Origin: an uncultured Methylomirabilota bacterium
GTDB lineage: Bacteria > Methylomirabilota > Methylomirabilia > Methylomirabilales > 2-02-FULL-66-22
Direction: 5' to 3'
Assembly (NCBI GenBank): GCA_963714585.1
Contig: CAVQPC010000044.1
Coordinates: forward strand, 20,250 to 84,249
DNA: 64,000 nt
The notes under the pieces are model-generated. The model had not been told where the DNA came from. It did no database searches and saw nothing but the letters and a program-made list of their open reading frames with translations. The translations under genes were made by a program, and so were the position numbers. Each line of letters begins with the position of its first letter. Position 1 is the first letter of the stretch. Shown here piece by piece: positions 9,990 through 19,903 of the stretch.

Positions 9990-10766
9990 ATGGAACACAC
10001 CGTTGTGGCACCGTCGAAGGCGTTGAAGGCGAGGGTGCGTAGCCAGAAATTCTGGGATGCTCTCCGGCAGTGGTGGATCCGACTCGCCGTCGCGCCGGTC
10101 CGTGGCGTGCGGAACAGTAGTCTCCGTGGACTTGAACGCAGGGTCTGCTATGTGCTCGTCTGGCTCAGGCGAACGTCACTTCATTACGCGATTGTCGAGT
10201 GCTTCCCGGCTGATGGGCGTCAGCAACGGAAGCGGCGCGACTTCGTGGTGGAGTTTTTGGTGATTTGCCAGTTTGCCATTACTATTGTTGCCGTTTGGAT
10301 TCCTGACGCATGGTTGCGCGCGGCAGTGGGCGCCACGGCTTACCTGCTATTCGTGCTTTATCTAAGTCTCCTCAACATTCTCTTCCTGACCAACGTGCCG
10401 GCAGTCAATGCACCCACAACCTCCGTCTCGCGATCACTGCTCCTGTTGTTTATTAACCTGTTGCAGGTGGTCATCGGTTGCAGTGTCTTCTACCGCTCCG
10501 CCCTGGGTCTCTGTCCTTGGCAAGCGATCTTCGGAGCTTTCCTGGTTTTAGGCACCCTCGGTCGTCCAGACAACCCGTCTGCCAGCCATACCCTGCTTGT
10601 GCCGCTCCAAGTGCTCCTCGATGTAGTGTTGTTAGTTTTTGTTGTCAGCATCTTCGCCGGCCGTTTCCCACTTCGCCTGCAAGAACGAAAACGCCGACGA
10701 GCTGAACGACGGGGGAATTATCGCCAGGATCGCCGGTTAGCTCGCATCGTTAGCTCCTCACGCTAG
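9990..10766 (+). CDS. Hypothetical multi-pass membrane protein (noticeably more A/T-rich than neighbours)
   Basis: The in-frame ATG at 9990 is preceded by GAAGGAG. The 258 aa contain several long hydrophobic segments (FVVEFLVICQFAITIVAVWI..., LLLLFINLLQVVIGCSVFY..., LLVPLQVLLDVVLLVFVVSIFAG). No recognisable family. Confidence 0.5.
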   Translation: MEHTVVAPSKALKARVRSQKFWDALRQWWIRLAVAPVRGVRNSSLRGLERRVCYVLVWLRRTSLHYAIVECFPADGRQQRKRRDFVVEFLVICQFAITIVAVWIPDAWLRAAVGATAYLLFVLYLSLLNILFLTNVPAVNAPTTSVSRSLLLLFINLLQVVIGCSVFYRSALGLCPWQAIFGAFLVLGTLGRPDNPSASHTLLVPLQVLLDVVLLVFVVSIFAGRFPLRLQERKRRRAERRGNYRQDRRLARIVSSSR

Positions 10767-10799
10767 CGTAAGCCTCTCGTTCCAGTGCCCAGATTCGCC

Positions 10800-11008
10800 C
10801 TAGGCGTTGCACAAAGGTGTTGATACTCGAAGCTGAAGACGTGCGTTCTGGGGATTTTCGCAATCAGTATCACGGGTTACATCTCTCCCGGGCGACGGGA
10901 AAACTGCGGGAGAGTTTTCCCCTGACTGACCGTTCCCCTTTTGGTAAGCAGATCGCGGCCTTACCCGCGAATCGCAGATCAAGATCAACACCTTTGTGCA
11001 ACGGCTAG
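10800..11008 (-). repeat. Inverted-repeat element, copy 3 (209 bp, 23/24 arms, 9-bp flanking duplication)
   Basis: CTAGGCGTTGCACAAAGGTGTTGA (10800-10823) pairs with TCAACACCTTTGTGCAACGGCTAG (10985-11008). It is flanked by AGATTCGCC at 10791-10799 and 11009-11017. The outer flanks are homologous to those of copy 1. Confidence 0.8.
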
Positions 11009-11112
11009 AGATTCGCCCCTCTTGGGGAGCCAAGCAGGGCTCGAACTCCGGGTCTCATCTGAGGCGTGTGCCTGAAGAGCCTTCCCCTGGACGGCACGAT
11101 GCGGCGGTTGGA

Positions 11113-12129
11113 TTACAGCCGTCGGCCGGCCGCCTGGACGAACGGGGCGATCTCCTGCATCAACTGCTGGAACATGGCGGGCTTCAGCGATTGGATGCCG
11201 TCGCTCACGGCCATTTCGGGGCGGACGTGGACCTCGACCATGAGGCCGTCGGCGCCGCAGGCGATCCCGGCCTTGGCCATGGGGATCACGTAATCCCAGT
11301 GGCCGGTCCCATGGCTGGGGTCCACGATCACCGGAAGGTGGCTGAGCTTCTTGATAACCGGAACAGCATTCAGGTCCAAGGTGAAGCGGGTCGCCGTTTC
11401 GAAGGTCCGGATGCCCCGCTCGCACAGGACGACGTTGTAGTTCCCCTCTGAGAGGATGTACTCGGCCGCCATCAGGAACTCCTGAATGGTCGAGGCCATG
11501 CCCCGCTTCAAGAGCACCGGCTTCCCCGTCTCTCCCACGCGCTTCAGCAGGGCGAAGTTCTGCATGTTGCGGGCGCCGACCTGGAGCATGTCGGCGGTCT
11601 CGGCCACGAGGTCCACGTCCTCCGGCTTCAAGACCTCCGTGACGATCGGAAGCCCCGTCTCGTCACGGGCGGCGGCCAGAAGCCGCAGGCCCTCCTCGCC
11701 CAAGCCCTGAAACGCATAGGGGGAGGTGCGGGGTTTGAACGCCCCGCCCCGCAGCATGCTGGCCCCCGCCTCCTTCACGAACTTGGCGGTTTCCTGGAGT
11801 TGGCCGTGGTTCTCCACGGTGCAGGGGCCCGCCATGATGACGACGCGCTCGCCGCCGATCTCCACATCCCGAACTCTGACCAGCGTGGGGGCGGGTTTGA
11901 ACTCACGGCTGGCCAGCTTGAAGGGCTGGAGGATGGGGACGACGCTCTCGACGCCCGGCATGACCTCGAGGGACTGGAGGCGGGCCTTGCCGCGCTCATC
12001 CCCCACGGCGCCGATCACCGTGCGCTGCTTGCCCCAGATCACGTGAGACTGATAGCCGAGCTCCTCCACGGTCCGGATGACATCGTGCACCTGTTCTTTC
12101 GGAGCGGTCCCCTTCATAACGATGATCAT
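11113..12129 (-). CDS. aroF: 3-deoxy-7-phosphoheptulonate (DAHP) synthase, class I-beta with N-terminal regulatory (ACT/FL-like) domain
   Basis: [33 protein letters not shown]...[51 protein letters not shown]...[38 protein letters not shown]...[10 protein letters not shown]. The start is taken at the internal ATG 12129 of ORF 11113..12387. Confidence 0.92.
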   Translation of the reverse strand: MIIVMKGTAPKEQVHDVIRTVEELGYQSHVIWGKQRTVIGAVGDERGKARLQSLEVMPGVESVVPILQPFKLASREFKPAPTLVRVRDVEIGGERVVIMAGPCTVENHGQLQETAKFVKEAGASMLRGGAFKPRTSPYAFQGLGEEGLRLLAAARDETGLPIVTEVLKPEDVDLVAETADMLQVGARNMQNFALLKRVGETGKPVLLKRGMASTIQEFLMAAEYILSEGNYNVVLCERGIRTFETATRFTLDLNAVPVIKKLSHLPVIVDPSHGTGHWDYVIPMAKAGIACGADGLMVEVHVRPEMAVSDGIQSLKPAMFQQLMQEIAPFVQAAGRRL

Positions 12130-12171
12130 GTTCTCCCTCCATGGGCAGCAACCGGCCACGGGCCGCCGTGA

Positions 12172-12216
12172 TCCGAAAAACAAAAGGGCCACGAGGCATC
12201 GTCTGCCCCGTGGCCC
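12172..12216 (-). terminator. Intrinsic terminator (attenuator) in the aroF leader
   Basis: Minus-strand RNA reads GGGCCACGGGGCA-GACGA-UGCCUCGUGGCCC followed by UUUUGUUUUU. This is a ~13-bp GC-rich stem ending about 45 nt upstream of the aroF ATG. Confidence 0.7.
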
Positions 12217-12239
12217 TTGGTGACTGGATGCGCTGTGGT

Positions 12240-12326
12240 CTACGTCATCCGACGCCTCGAGCCGCCCGGGCAGACGCCCGTAAACCAAAAGTAAAGGGAA
12301 AAGCGGCTCGTCGAGGCGAAGGACAT
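12240..12326 (-). CDS. Candidate leader peptide [28 protein letters not shown] (28 aa; below the ORF-track cutoff)
   Basis: AGGAG lies 9 nt upstream of the ATG at 12326. Codons TTT TCC CTT TAC TTT TGG TTT give F-S-L-Y-F-W-F. The stop TAG is at 12242-12240. The ORF sits between a promoter-like site and the terminator above. Confidence 0.6.
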   Translation of the reverse strand: MSFASTSRFSLYFWFTGVCPGGSRRRMT

Positions 12327-12358
12327 CGTCCGTGTCTCCTGTGTCCCGTGCGAGCCGT

Positions 12359-12387
12359 ATCATCCGGCTTCGGGACCGCGCTGTCAA
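12359..12387 (-). promoter_or_regulatory. Sigma70-like promoter TTGACA-17-GATGAT for the aroF leader
   Basis: On the minus strand, TTGACA is at 12387-12382, followed by a 17-nt spacer and GATGAT at 12364-12359. It lies about 30 nt upstream of the leader-peptide ATG. Confidence 0.4.
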
Positions 12388-12462
12388 GGATTTTTCCGTT
12401 TTGCATCGCCGGAAGATGATGTTAAGCTAACTCACTGATAGACAAGCCCCACGAGGTGCTTC

Positions 12463-13515
12463 ATGCCCGATGATTTCGTGACCCTGGAGTGGACCGAAGC
12501 CGGGACGGTCCGCCTGATCGATCAGACCCGGCTTCCCGCCGAAGAGGTCTATGTCGAGTGCCGGACCATCGACGAGGTGGCCCACGCCATCCGGACGATG
12601 CAGGTCCGGGGGGCGCCGGCCATCGGCGTCGCGGCGGCCATGGGGCTGGCCCTGGGGGCACAGATCCTCCGCGTGAGCAGCGTCGAGGACTTCCTCGCCG
12701 AGCTTTACAAGATGGGTGGGCTCCTGACAGCCACCCGCCCGACGGCGGTGAACCTGCGCTGGGCCGTGGACCGTCTGCTGGCGCTGGCTCGGAAGTCGCG
12801 CGACCTCTCGGTGTCCGAGATCCAAGCCGCCCTGGTGGCCGAGGCCCGCGAGATGCGTGAGGAGGACATTCGCATCAACCGGTGCATGGGGCAGCACGGG
12901 CAAGCGCTGGTCCCGGACCCGGCCCGGATCCTCACGCATTGCAACGCAGGCGGCCTGGCCACGGCAGGGTACGGAACGGCCATCGGGGTCATCCGCGCGG
13001 CCGCCCAGGCGGGGAAGCACGTCATGGTGTGGGTGGATGAGACGCGCCCCCTGCTTCAGGGGGCGCGTCTGACCGCGTGGGAGCTCCAGCAGGCGGGGAT
13101 TCCCGTCACCCTCATCACCGACAGCATGGCGGGCCACTTCATGGGCAAGGGGCAGGTGGACCTGGTGATCGTGGGCGCCGATCGGATCGCGCGAAACGGC
13201 GATGTCGCCAACAAGATCGGGACGTACAGCGTGGCGGTCCTGGCGCGGACCCACGGCATCCCCTTCTACGTGGCGGCGCCCATCTCCACCCTGGACCTGA
13301 ATCTGTCCGACGGGTCGCAGATCCCGATCGAGGAGCGGGCGCCCGAGGAGGTGACCCAGCTCGGCGGGCGCCGGGTGGCGCCCGCTGGCATCCGCGTCGC
13401 CAACCCCGCCTTCGACGTCGCACCCGCCAGCTACGTGGACGCGATCATCACCGAGCGCGGCATCGCCCGGCCGCCCTATGACGTGAGCCTTCCCCGTCTG
13501 GCAGGCGAGGAGTGA
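12463..13515 (+). CDS. mtnA: S-methyl-5-thioribose-1-phosphate isomerase
   Basis: 350 aa: ...[50 protein letters not shown]...[11 protein letters not shown]...[16 protein letters not shown]...[20 protein letters not shown]...[18 protein letters not shown]. This is the MtnA/eIF-2B-like family signature. Confidence 0.9.
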   Translation: MPDDFVTLEWTEAGTVRLIDQTRLPAEEVYVECRTIDEVAHAIRTMQVRGAPAIGVAAAMGLALGAQILRVSSVEDFLAELYKMGGLLTATRPTAVNLRWAVDRLLALARKSRDLSVSEIQAALVAEAREMREEDIRINRCMGQHGQALVPDPARILTHCNAGGLATAGYGTAIGVIRAAAQAGKHVMVWVDETRPLLQGARLTAWELQQAGIPVTLITDSMAGHFMGKGQVDLVIVGADRIARNGDVANKIGTYSVAVLARTHGIPFYVAAPISTLDLNLSDGSQIPIEERAPEEVTQLGGRRVAPAGIRVANPAFDVAPASYVDAIITERGIARPPYDVSLPRLAGEE

Positions 13516-13533
13516 GGCGGGTGGGCGAGAGCA

Positions 13534-15772
13534 ATGCGAATGCGTGAGGGGATCGCGATTGGCCTGGCGCTCCTGTTCCTCGCGGCCGAAGCTGGAGCCG
13601 GCGCGTCGACAGCCATGTCTCCGGAGGCGAGCCTGTCGGCGGCGTCCCGCGAGGCGGAGTCGGGCGATCTGAAAGCGGCCACGGACATCTTGAGGGGCCT
13701 CGAGGCGGGAAGCCTCCCGGCGAGCGTTCAGCCGCGAGCCGATCTCCTCCTGGGCCTCCTCTTGGTGCGGCAGAACCAGCCGGAAGAGGCGATTGCCTGT
13801 CTGGAACGGGCCGCACTCAGCTATCCGCTGCTCGGGGATTACGCCCTGTACTTTCTTGCCCAGGCTGAGCAGGCTGCGGGACGGCACGGGATCGCGGCCG
13901 CGGTGCTCTCGCGCCTCGTGGAGCAGCACCCCGAGAGCCTCTACCTCGAGCGCGCGCGGCGCGAGCTCCCAAGAGATTGGCTGCAGGTTGGCGAGTTCAT
14001 CCAGGCGGAGGAAGCAGCCCTCCAGTACCTGGCAATCTTCCCACAGGGGCCGGGGCGCGCCCAGGTGTGGGTGACGCTGGGGGAGACACTGCTCCGCCTC
14101 GACCGGGTGGAGCGTGCGGAGGAGATTCTGCGGCGGGTCTGGATCGAGTTCCCCGGGGGGCCGGAGAGCCAGCGAGCCAAGGATCTTCTGGCCACGATCC
14201 CGGGCCTTCGGCCCTTCACCCCTGAGGAACAGTTCCGCCGGGCCCTGACGCTGTATCATCTGGGGCGCTACGGACCAGCCCTCCAGGAGCTCAAGCCGTT
14301 CGCCGCCCCCGCGTCTCCGTACGAGACGGAGGCGCGGCTCTACCTGGGGCTCGAGCGCCTTTAACCTGCGACAGTTCAGCCAGGCCATCCAGTGGCTGCA
14401 GCCGCTCCGCGATGTGGCAGGCCCGGAGCGGGCGGAGGCGATCTTCTGGCTCGGGCGCAGTCTCGGCCGGTCGGGGGACTACCCCAGCTTCGTCGAGCAG
14501 ATGACGTTCCTCCTGGATGTAGCGCCCAAGGGCCGATGGGCCGAAGAGGGTCTCTACCTCCTGGGGCGGGCGGCCGCGGACCAGGGAGACGCGGCACAAG
14601 CCCAAACGTACCTCGCGCGATTCCTGCAGGAGTATCCCAAGAGCACTTGGGCGGACGACGCCCTCTGGCTGCAGGGCTGGCTGGCGTACAAGGGGCGCGA
14701 GCCGAAAGCGGCACTGGCGGCCTGGGACCGCCTGCTCGCCGAGGATCCGGGATCCAGCTTCCGGGTGTCGGCGCTCTACTGGCGGGGGCGGGCTTTGGAG
14801 GCGCTTCACCACCCGCGCGAGGCCGTGCAGGCCTACCGGACGCTCCTGGCCACGGCGGTGGACGCCCCGTACTACCGGTTCCACGCGGAGGAGCGTCTCA
14901 AATATCTCAAGCACCCCGAGCGTCGGATCGAGCGGCCGGCGCCGGTGCCCGCAGGACGGGGCGAGAAGGGGGGCCGCACCCATGCCGAAAAGGGGCAGGC
15001 GCTCCGGGCCCTGGGCCTCCGGGATGAGGCGGTCGCGGAGTATGGCGAGCAGGTGCGGGCGCACCCCGAAGACCGGGGCGAGCTGGCCGAGGCGTGTCGG
15101 GTCTTCCTCGAGCTCCAGCGCTACGACAAGGCTGTCTGGCTGGGGAACCGGATCCTGCGCCCGCTCTACGTCCAGGAGAACGGCCGTCCCCCTATTCACG
15201 ACTTCTGGCAGTGCGTGTATCCGCTGGCGCAGTGGCCGCTGGTCCGCCAGGAGGCGAAGGCGCAGGGCGTCGATCCCTACCTGGTGACGGCCCTCATGCG
15301 AGAGGAGAGCGCCTTCGCCCCGCAGGCGGTCTCCTGGGCCGGGGCCCGGGGCCTCATGCAGCTCATGCCTGAGACGGCAGACCAGGTGGCCAAAAAATAC
15401 AGCCTACCACGGGACCCGAGCACGCCCCTGGAAACGCCGGAGGTGAACATCCGGCTCGGGACGATCCATCTGGCCGAGCTCCTGCGGGACAACGGCGGGA
15501 GTTTGAGCCTGGCTCTGGCGTCGTATAATGCGGGACGGCAGCAGGTGCGGAACTGGATTCAGCGGTTCGGGTTCACGGATGCGGAGCAGTTCACCGAGGA
15601 CATCCCGTACACCGAGACCCGGAACTACGTGAAGCGGGTCCTGGGTACCTACGAGCGGTACACGAGCCTGTACGCGCAAAAGAGCGCCGAGGGTGGAGCG
15701 CCAAGGACCAAGAGCCGAACGGCGAAAGCCGGGAGCCGATCGGCGAAGGCTGTGAGCCACAACAAGAGGTGA
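13534..15772 (+). CDS. Soluble lytic murein transglycosylase (Slt70-like: TPR-like superhelical domain + SLT domain), frame break near 14353
   Basis: ORFs 13534..14364 and 14414..15772 join as ...EARLYLGL | SAFNLRQFSQAIQWLQPLRDVAGPERAEAIFWLGR... when one base is skipped. The C-terminal catalytic region reads LVTALMREESAFAPQAVSWAGARGLMQLMPETA...LALASYNAGRQQV. Confidence 0.8.
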
Positions 15773-15819
15773 GGAGCGGCGCGGGGTGGATCCCGCGCCG
15801 AGGTTGAGGAGGCGAGGGT

Positions 15820-16634
<815 letters not shown>

Positions 16635-16638
<4 letters not shown>

Positions 16639-17526
16639 GGACGACGCCTGCCTGCCTCACCTGCGTCCTGGGAGACGTGTACGCCGCGGCCCAGCAGGTC
16701 ACGAGCCATGTGCCGACCCAGCTCACCGTGGCCCGGGACGCCATGGCGTTCCTCGCCGAGACCTTCGGCCACGAGCGGGTGCCGTCCTACTACATCACGG
16801 AGGTCCACCGGATCCTCAAGCGCGACACGGGGGTGCCGGTCCCCTTCGAGGTGAGCCGGCGCGGCTTGAACCGTGTGGCCCTGGAAATCGCCGGGAAGAT
16901 CCAGGCGGAGGCGGAGAGATTGGAGGGGGAGGCCCGCTTCCGGTACCTCGCGCTCTGGGCGCTGGCCGGCAACAGCCTGGACTCGCGGACGGTCGGGATC
17001 GGGTACAGCTTCGAGCCTGCCAAGACGCTGGCGCACCTTCAGGGGTACGCGGATCGAGGCATGGCCAAGGACCACGTGACGCGCCTCTACCAGCGCGTGC
17101 AGCAGAAGCCGAACGTGCTCTACGTCCACGACAACGTCGGCGAGATCGCCCTGGACAAGCTCTTCATCCTGGAACTGCGCCGGCTCGGCTGCCACGTCAC
17201 CTCCGCCCTGCGCGGCGGTCCCATCACCTCCGACGCCACGCTGGAGGATGGGCGCATGGTGGGGCTGGAGCAGGCCGTGGATCGACTCATCCAGGCGGGG
17301 CCCGACACGCTGGGGATCTCCTGGGAGGAGGCATCGCCCGATCTTCGCGAGGCGATCCGGACGTCTCCTGTGATCATCGCCAAGGGCCAGGCCAACTACT
17401 ACGTCCTCTCCGAGCACCGGGCGGAGATCCCGGGCGAGGTCTTCTGCCTCTTCACCATCAAGTGCCCGCCCGGTGGCGGCTGTGATCGGCGTCCAGCCCA
17501 AGCAGGCAGTGGGGATATTTCTGTGA
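16635..17526 (+). CDS. DUF89 (ARMT1-like damage-control phosphatase) family protein, frame break near 17472
   Basis: The ATG overlaps the thiD stop (ATGA). The protein reads MRTTPACLTCVLGDVYAAAQ...LYVHDNVGEIALDKLFILELRRLG...IIAKGQANYYVLSE...FCLFTIKCPP. The expected C-terminus VAAVIGVQPKQAVGIFL* continues in the +1 frame, with stop at 17524-17526. Confidence 0.75.
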
Positions 17527-17621
17527 GGCTGCCGACGAATTGTGACGGTGGATCCAGCGGGGTTCAATGCAATGAGGGAGGAGTCTACGGGCCCGAGCGA
17601 AGTTCGAGCGAGGTGAGGGTG

Positions 17622-17819
17622 ATGAAGGAGGACGAAGGCTTCGGCTTCTTCCGTGACGACGGCACTGTGATCAATCCCGATCTCATCAGAAAGCCTGGTC
17701 TGTGTGTCACGTGCCGCAAGGATGACGATCCACAGGAGGAGATTCTGTGTACCCTGACAAGAGCGGACCAACAGGGCGAAGAGCAATTCCAATGCGACGC
17801 ATTTGAGCCGAGGAGATAG
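17622..17819 (+). CDS. Small conserved Cys-containing protein (65 aa)
   Basis: MKEDEGFGFFRDDGTVINPDLIRKPGLCVTCRKDDDPQEEILCTLTRADQQGEEQFQCDAFEPRR lies in the tail of the 15786..17819 read-through ORF. It has a CxxC plus a distal Cys. It resembles small proteins I have seen in other genomes, but no name can be attached. Confidence 0.5.
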   Translation: MKEDEGFGFFRDDGTVINPDLIRKPGLCVTCRKDDDPQEEILCTLTRADQQGEEQFQCDAFEPRR

Positions 17820-17891
17820 GGAACGGAAACCGGGGCTAAGAGACCGCACCCAGGCCCCGGTTGACTTGGGCCGGTGTCAGGTCGATACTAA

Positions 17892-18468
<577 letters not shown>

Positions 18469-18610
18469 GAAGAACCACCAATCCAACCGATCCACGGGAC
18501 CGGCGGCACCAGGGCTGTTTGAAGTGGAGGGTCATTGGGTCGCCGCCCGGTGATCCCTGTCGTTAGCGCACCGACCAGAAAGAGTTCGGAAGGGCCAGAA
18601 AGCGCCGAGC

Positions 18611-18844
18611 ATGTACTTCGAGATCGTCGGGGAAATCGGCGACATCGAGATCATCGCGCAGGGTTTATCGGTGCGCGAGCGAGCCCGCCTGAAGGCGCAG
18701 TTTGGTGCGGAACGTTGGAGGAAACTTAAGGGAACGGCGACCGTTCGTCTTTCGAATGGGACGCTCTGCCGCGCCGAGGTACACTGGTACGAGGCGCACG
18801 GTGTCGGACGAAAGAAGTTCAAGATCAAGCGCTTCTTGGAGTAG
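18611..18844 (+). CDS. Small conserved hypothetical protein (77 aa), first gene of a two-gene pair
   Basis: MYFEIVGEIGDIEIIAQGLSVRERARLKAQFGAERWRKLKGTATVRLSNGTLCRAEVHWYEAHGVGRKKFKIKRFLE. It lies 3 nt upstream of the next ORF. I recall similar pairs in other genomes, always unannotated. Confidence 0.6.
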   Translation: MYFEIVGEIGDIEIIAQGLSVRERARLKAQFGAERWRKLKGTATVRLSNGTLCRAEVHWYEAHGVGRKKFKIKRFLE

Positions 18845-18847
18845 AGC

Positions 18848-19096
18848 ATGAGCAAGCCAAAGCGACGGTACGTTGTCTGCGTCCACACAGAGGGGGCGGA
18901 AGACCTCGAACTGCGGAAGCTGTATGAGGTCCGTGAGGATGAGGCCGCTGGCAGGCGAGGGTATCTTCGCGTCGTGGACGAGTCTGGCGCGGACTACCTC
19001 TACCCCAGGGAATTGTTCGCGCCGGTGGAACTGTCCGAGAACACCGAGCGCGCTCTTGCAACCGCTGGTACAACCCGGTCCAGCCGCGCTCGCTAA
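18848..19096 (+). CDS. Small conserved hypothetical protein (82 aa), second gene of the pair
   Basis: MSKPKRRYVVCVHTEGAEDLELRKLYEVREDEAAGRRGYLRVVDESGADYLYPRELFAPVELSE.... It is tightly coupled to the preceding ORF. Confidence 0.6.
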   Translation: MSKPKRRYVVCVHTEGAEDLELRKLYEVREDEAAGRRGYLRVVDESGADYLYPRELFAPVELSENTERALATAGTTRSSRAR

Positions 19097-19285
19097 CCAG
19101 GACGTATAGGTGGTCGCGGCTCCGCTACGCCGCTGACGCCCATCGTTGAGCCGCCGCCCCTGCGCTTAGGTCCGGGGCTTCGCCCTGCCGCAGGCGGCGG
19201 ATGCGGTTGAGCTGTCGCAGCGGTGGGCGACGTCGGGATGGCAGATGGTCCGGCGTGCGGCGCCCTGTCGAGTGTGGGAGTGCCC

Positions 19286-19552
19286 ATGAAGATCGACATC
19301 GATAAGCTTTCCGAGGCAGAGCTCATCGACCTCAACAACAGGATTGTTGAACGCCTGAGGTTTTTGAATCAGATGCGTGCGCACGCGCAGATGCTCGAGT
19401 TCAAGATCGGTGATCGTGTTGCGTTTCAACCAGAAGACCGTCCTGTGGTGGTTGGTATGCTGACCCGCTACAACAGGAAGACCGTCACGGTCATCACCGA
19501 CGGCGGACAGCGTTGGAACGTCGCACCCAGGTTGCTACGATCGTGCGGGTGA
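19286..19552 (+). CDS. Hypothetical protein (88 aa)
   Basis: The internal ATG at 19286 gives MKIDIDKLSEAELIDLNNRIVERLRFLNQMRAHAQMLEFKIGDRVAFQPEDRPVVVGMLTRYNRKTVTVITDGGQRWNVAPRLL. The sequence is coherent and non-shadow-like. Confidence 0.55.
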   Translation: MKIDIDKLSEAELIDLNNRIVERLRFLNQMRAHAQMLEFKIGDRVAFQPEDRPVVVGMLTRYNRKTVTVITDGGQRWNVAPRLLRSCG

Positions 19553-19637
19553 CTCGCAGAGTGGGGAAGGCCGCGACCCAAACGTGATTCAGTTGCACAG
19601 GAAGTGAGTGGGCCCACGCTGCCGAGGAGTCGAAGAG

Positions 19638-19790
19638 ATGAAAGAGAGCGCTCGATACGTGAAAATCGTCGAGTGGTCGGAAGTGGACCAGTGCTATGTG
19701 GGGAGTTCGCCGAGGTTGATTTACGGAGGGTGCAACGGAGACAATGAAAGGGAAGTCTTCGACGAACTGTGGAGGATCGTGGAAGAATGA
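19638..19790 (+). pseudogene. HicB-like antitoxin N-terminal fragment
   Basis: MKESARYVKIVEWSEVDQCYVGSSPRLIYGGCNGDNEREVFDELWRIVEE* matches the N-terminal HicB-type domain pattern (...W.EED..YVG..P.L..GG.HGD.E..V...L...V.E) but lacks a DNA-binding C-terminus. Confidence 0.45.
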
Positions 19791-19903
19791 TGGATTGCAC
19801 CGAAGGCTGGCCTCATGAGATATTCACCTCGGGCGAGGTTCGCACAATGGTTTGATGGGGGACCCGAGCGAGCAGGTCAGGGGACGGAGAACGGGGTGAG
19901 ACC

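Noticed and set aside
11018-11075. Minus-strand tRNA/tmRNA-like 3' end beside element copy 3 (..GGAGTTCGAGCCCTGCTTGGCTCCCCA), with a homologous stretch beside copy 1 (9137-9175).
   Set aside because: The TTCGAG loop is not flanked by complementary 5-bp T-stem strands in any register, and no acceptor pairing partner exists. The similarity between the two sites is better explained as shared flanking repeat sequence.
12427-14388. Very long ORFs antisense to, or out of frame with, conserved genes. Examples: 12427..14388(-) 653 aa, 3164..4864(-), 16320..17849(-), 23842..25602(-), 26934..28661(-), 28884..30080(-), 30233..31522(-), 48518..50125(+), 53062..54105(+), 56561..58141(+), 58402..59409(-).
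   Set aside because: Their translations are Arg/Pro/Gly/Ala-rich low-information strings with no family motifs. They overlap genes whose products are unmistakable (mtnA, Slt, DUF89, priA/aroF, nadE, ald, RlmI and others). In high-GC DNA, stop codons are rare in non-coding frames, so such shadow ORFs are expected.
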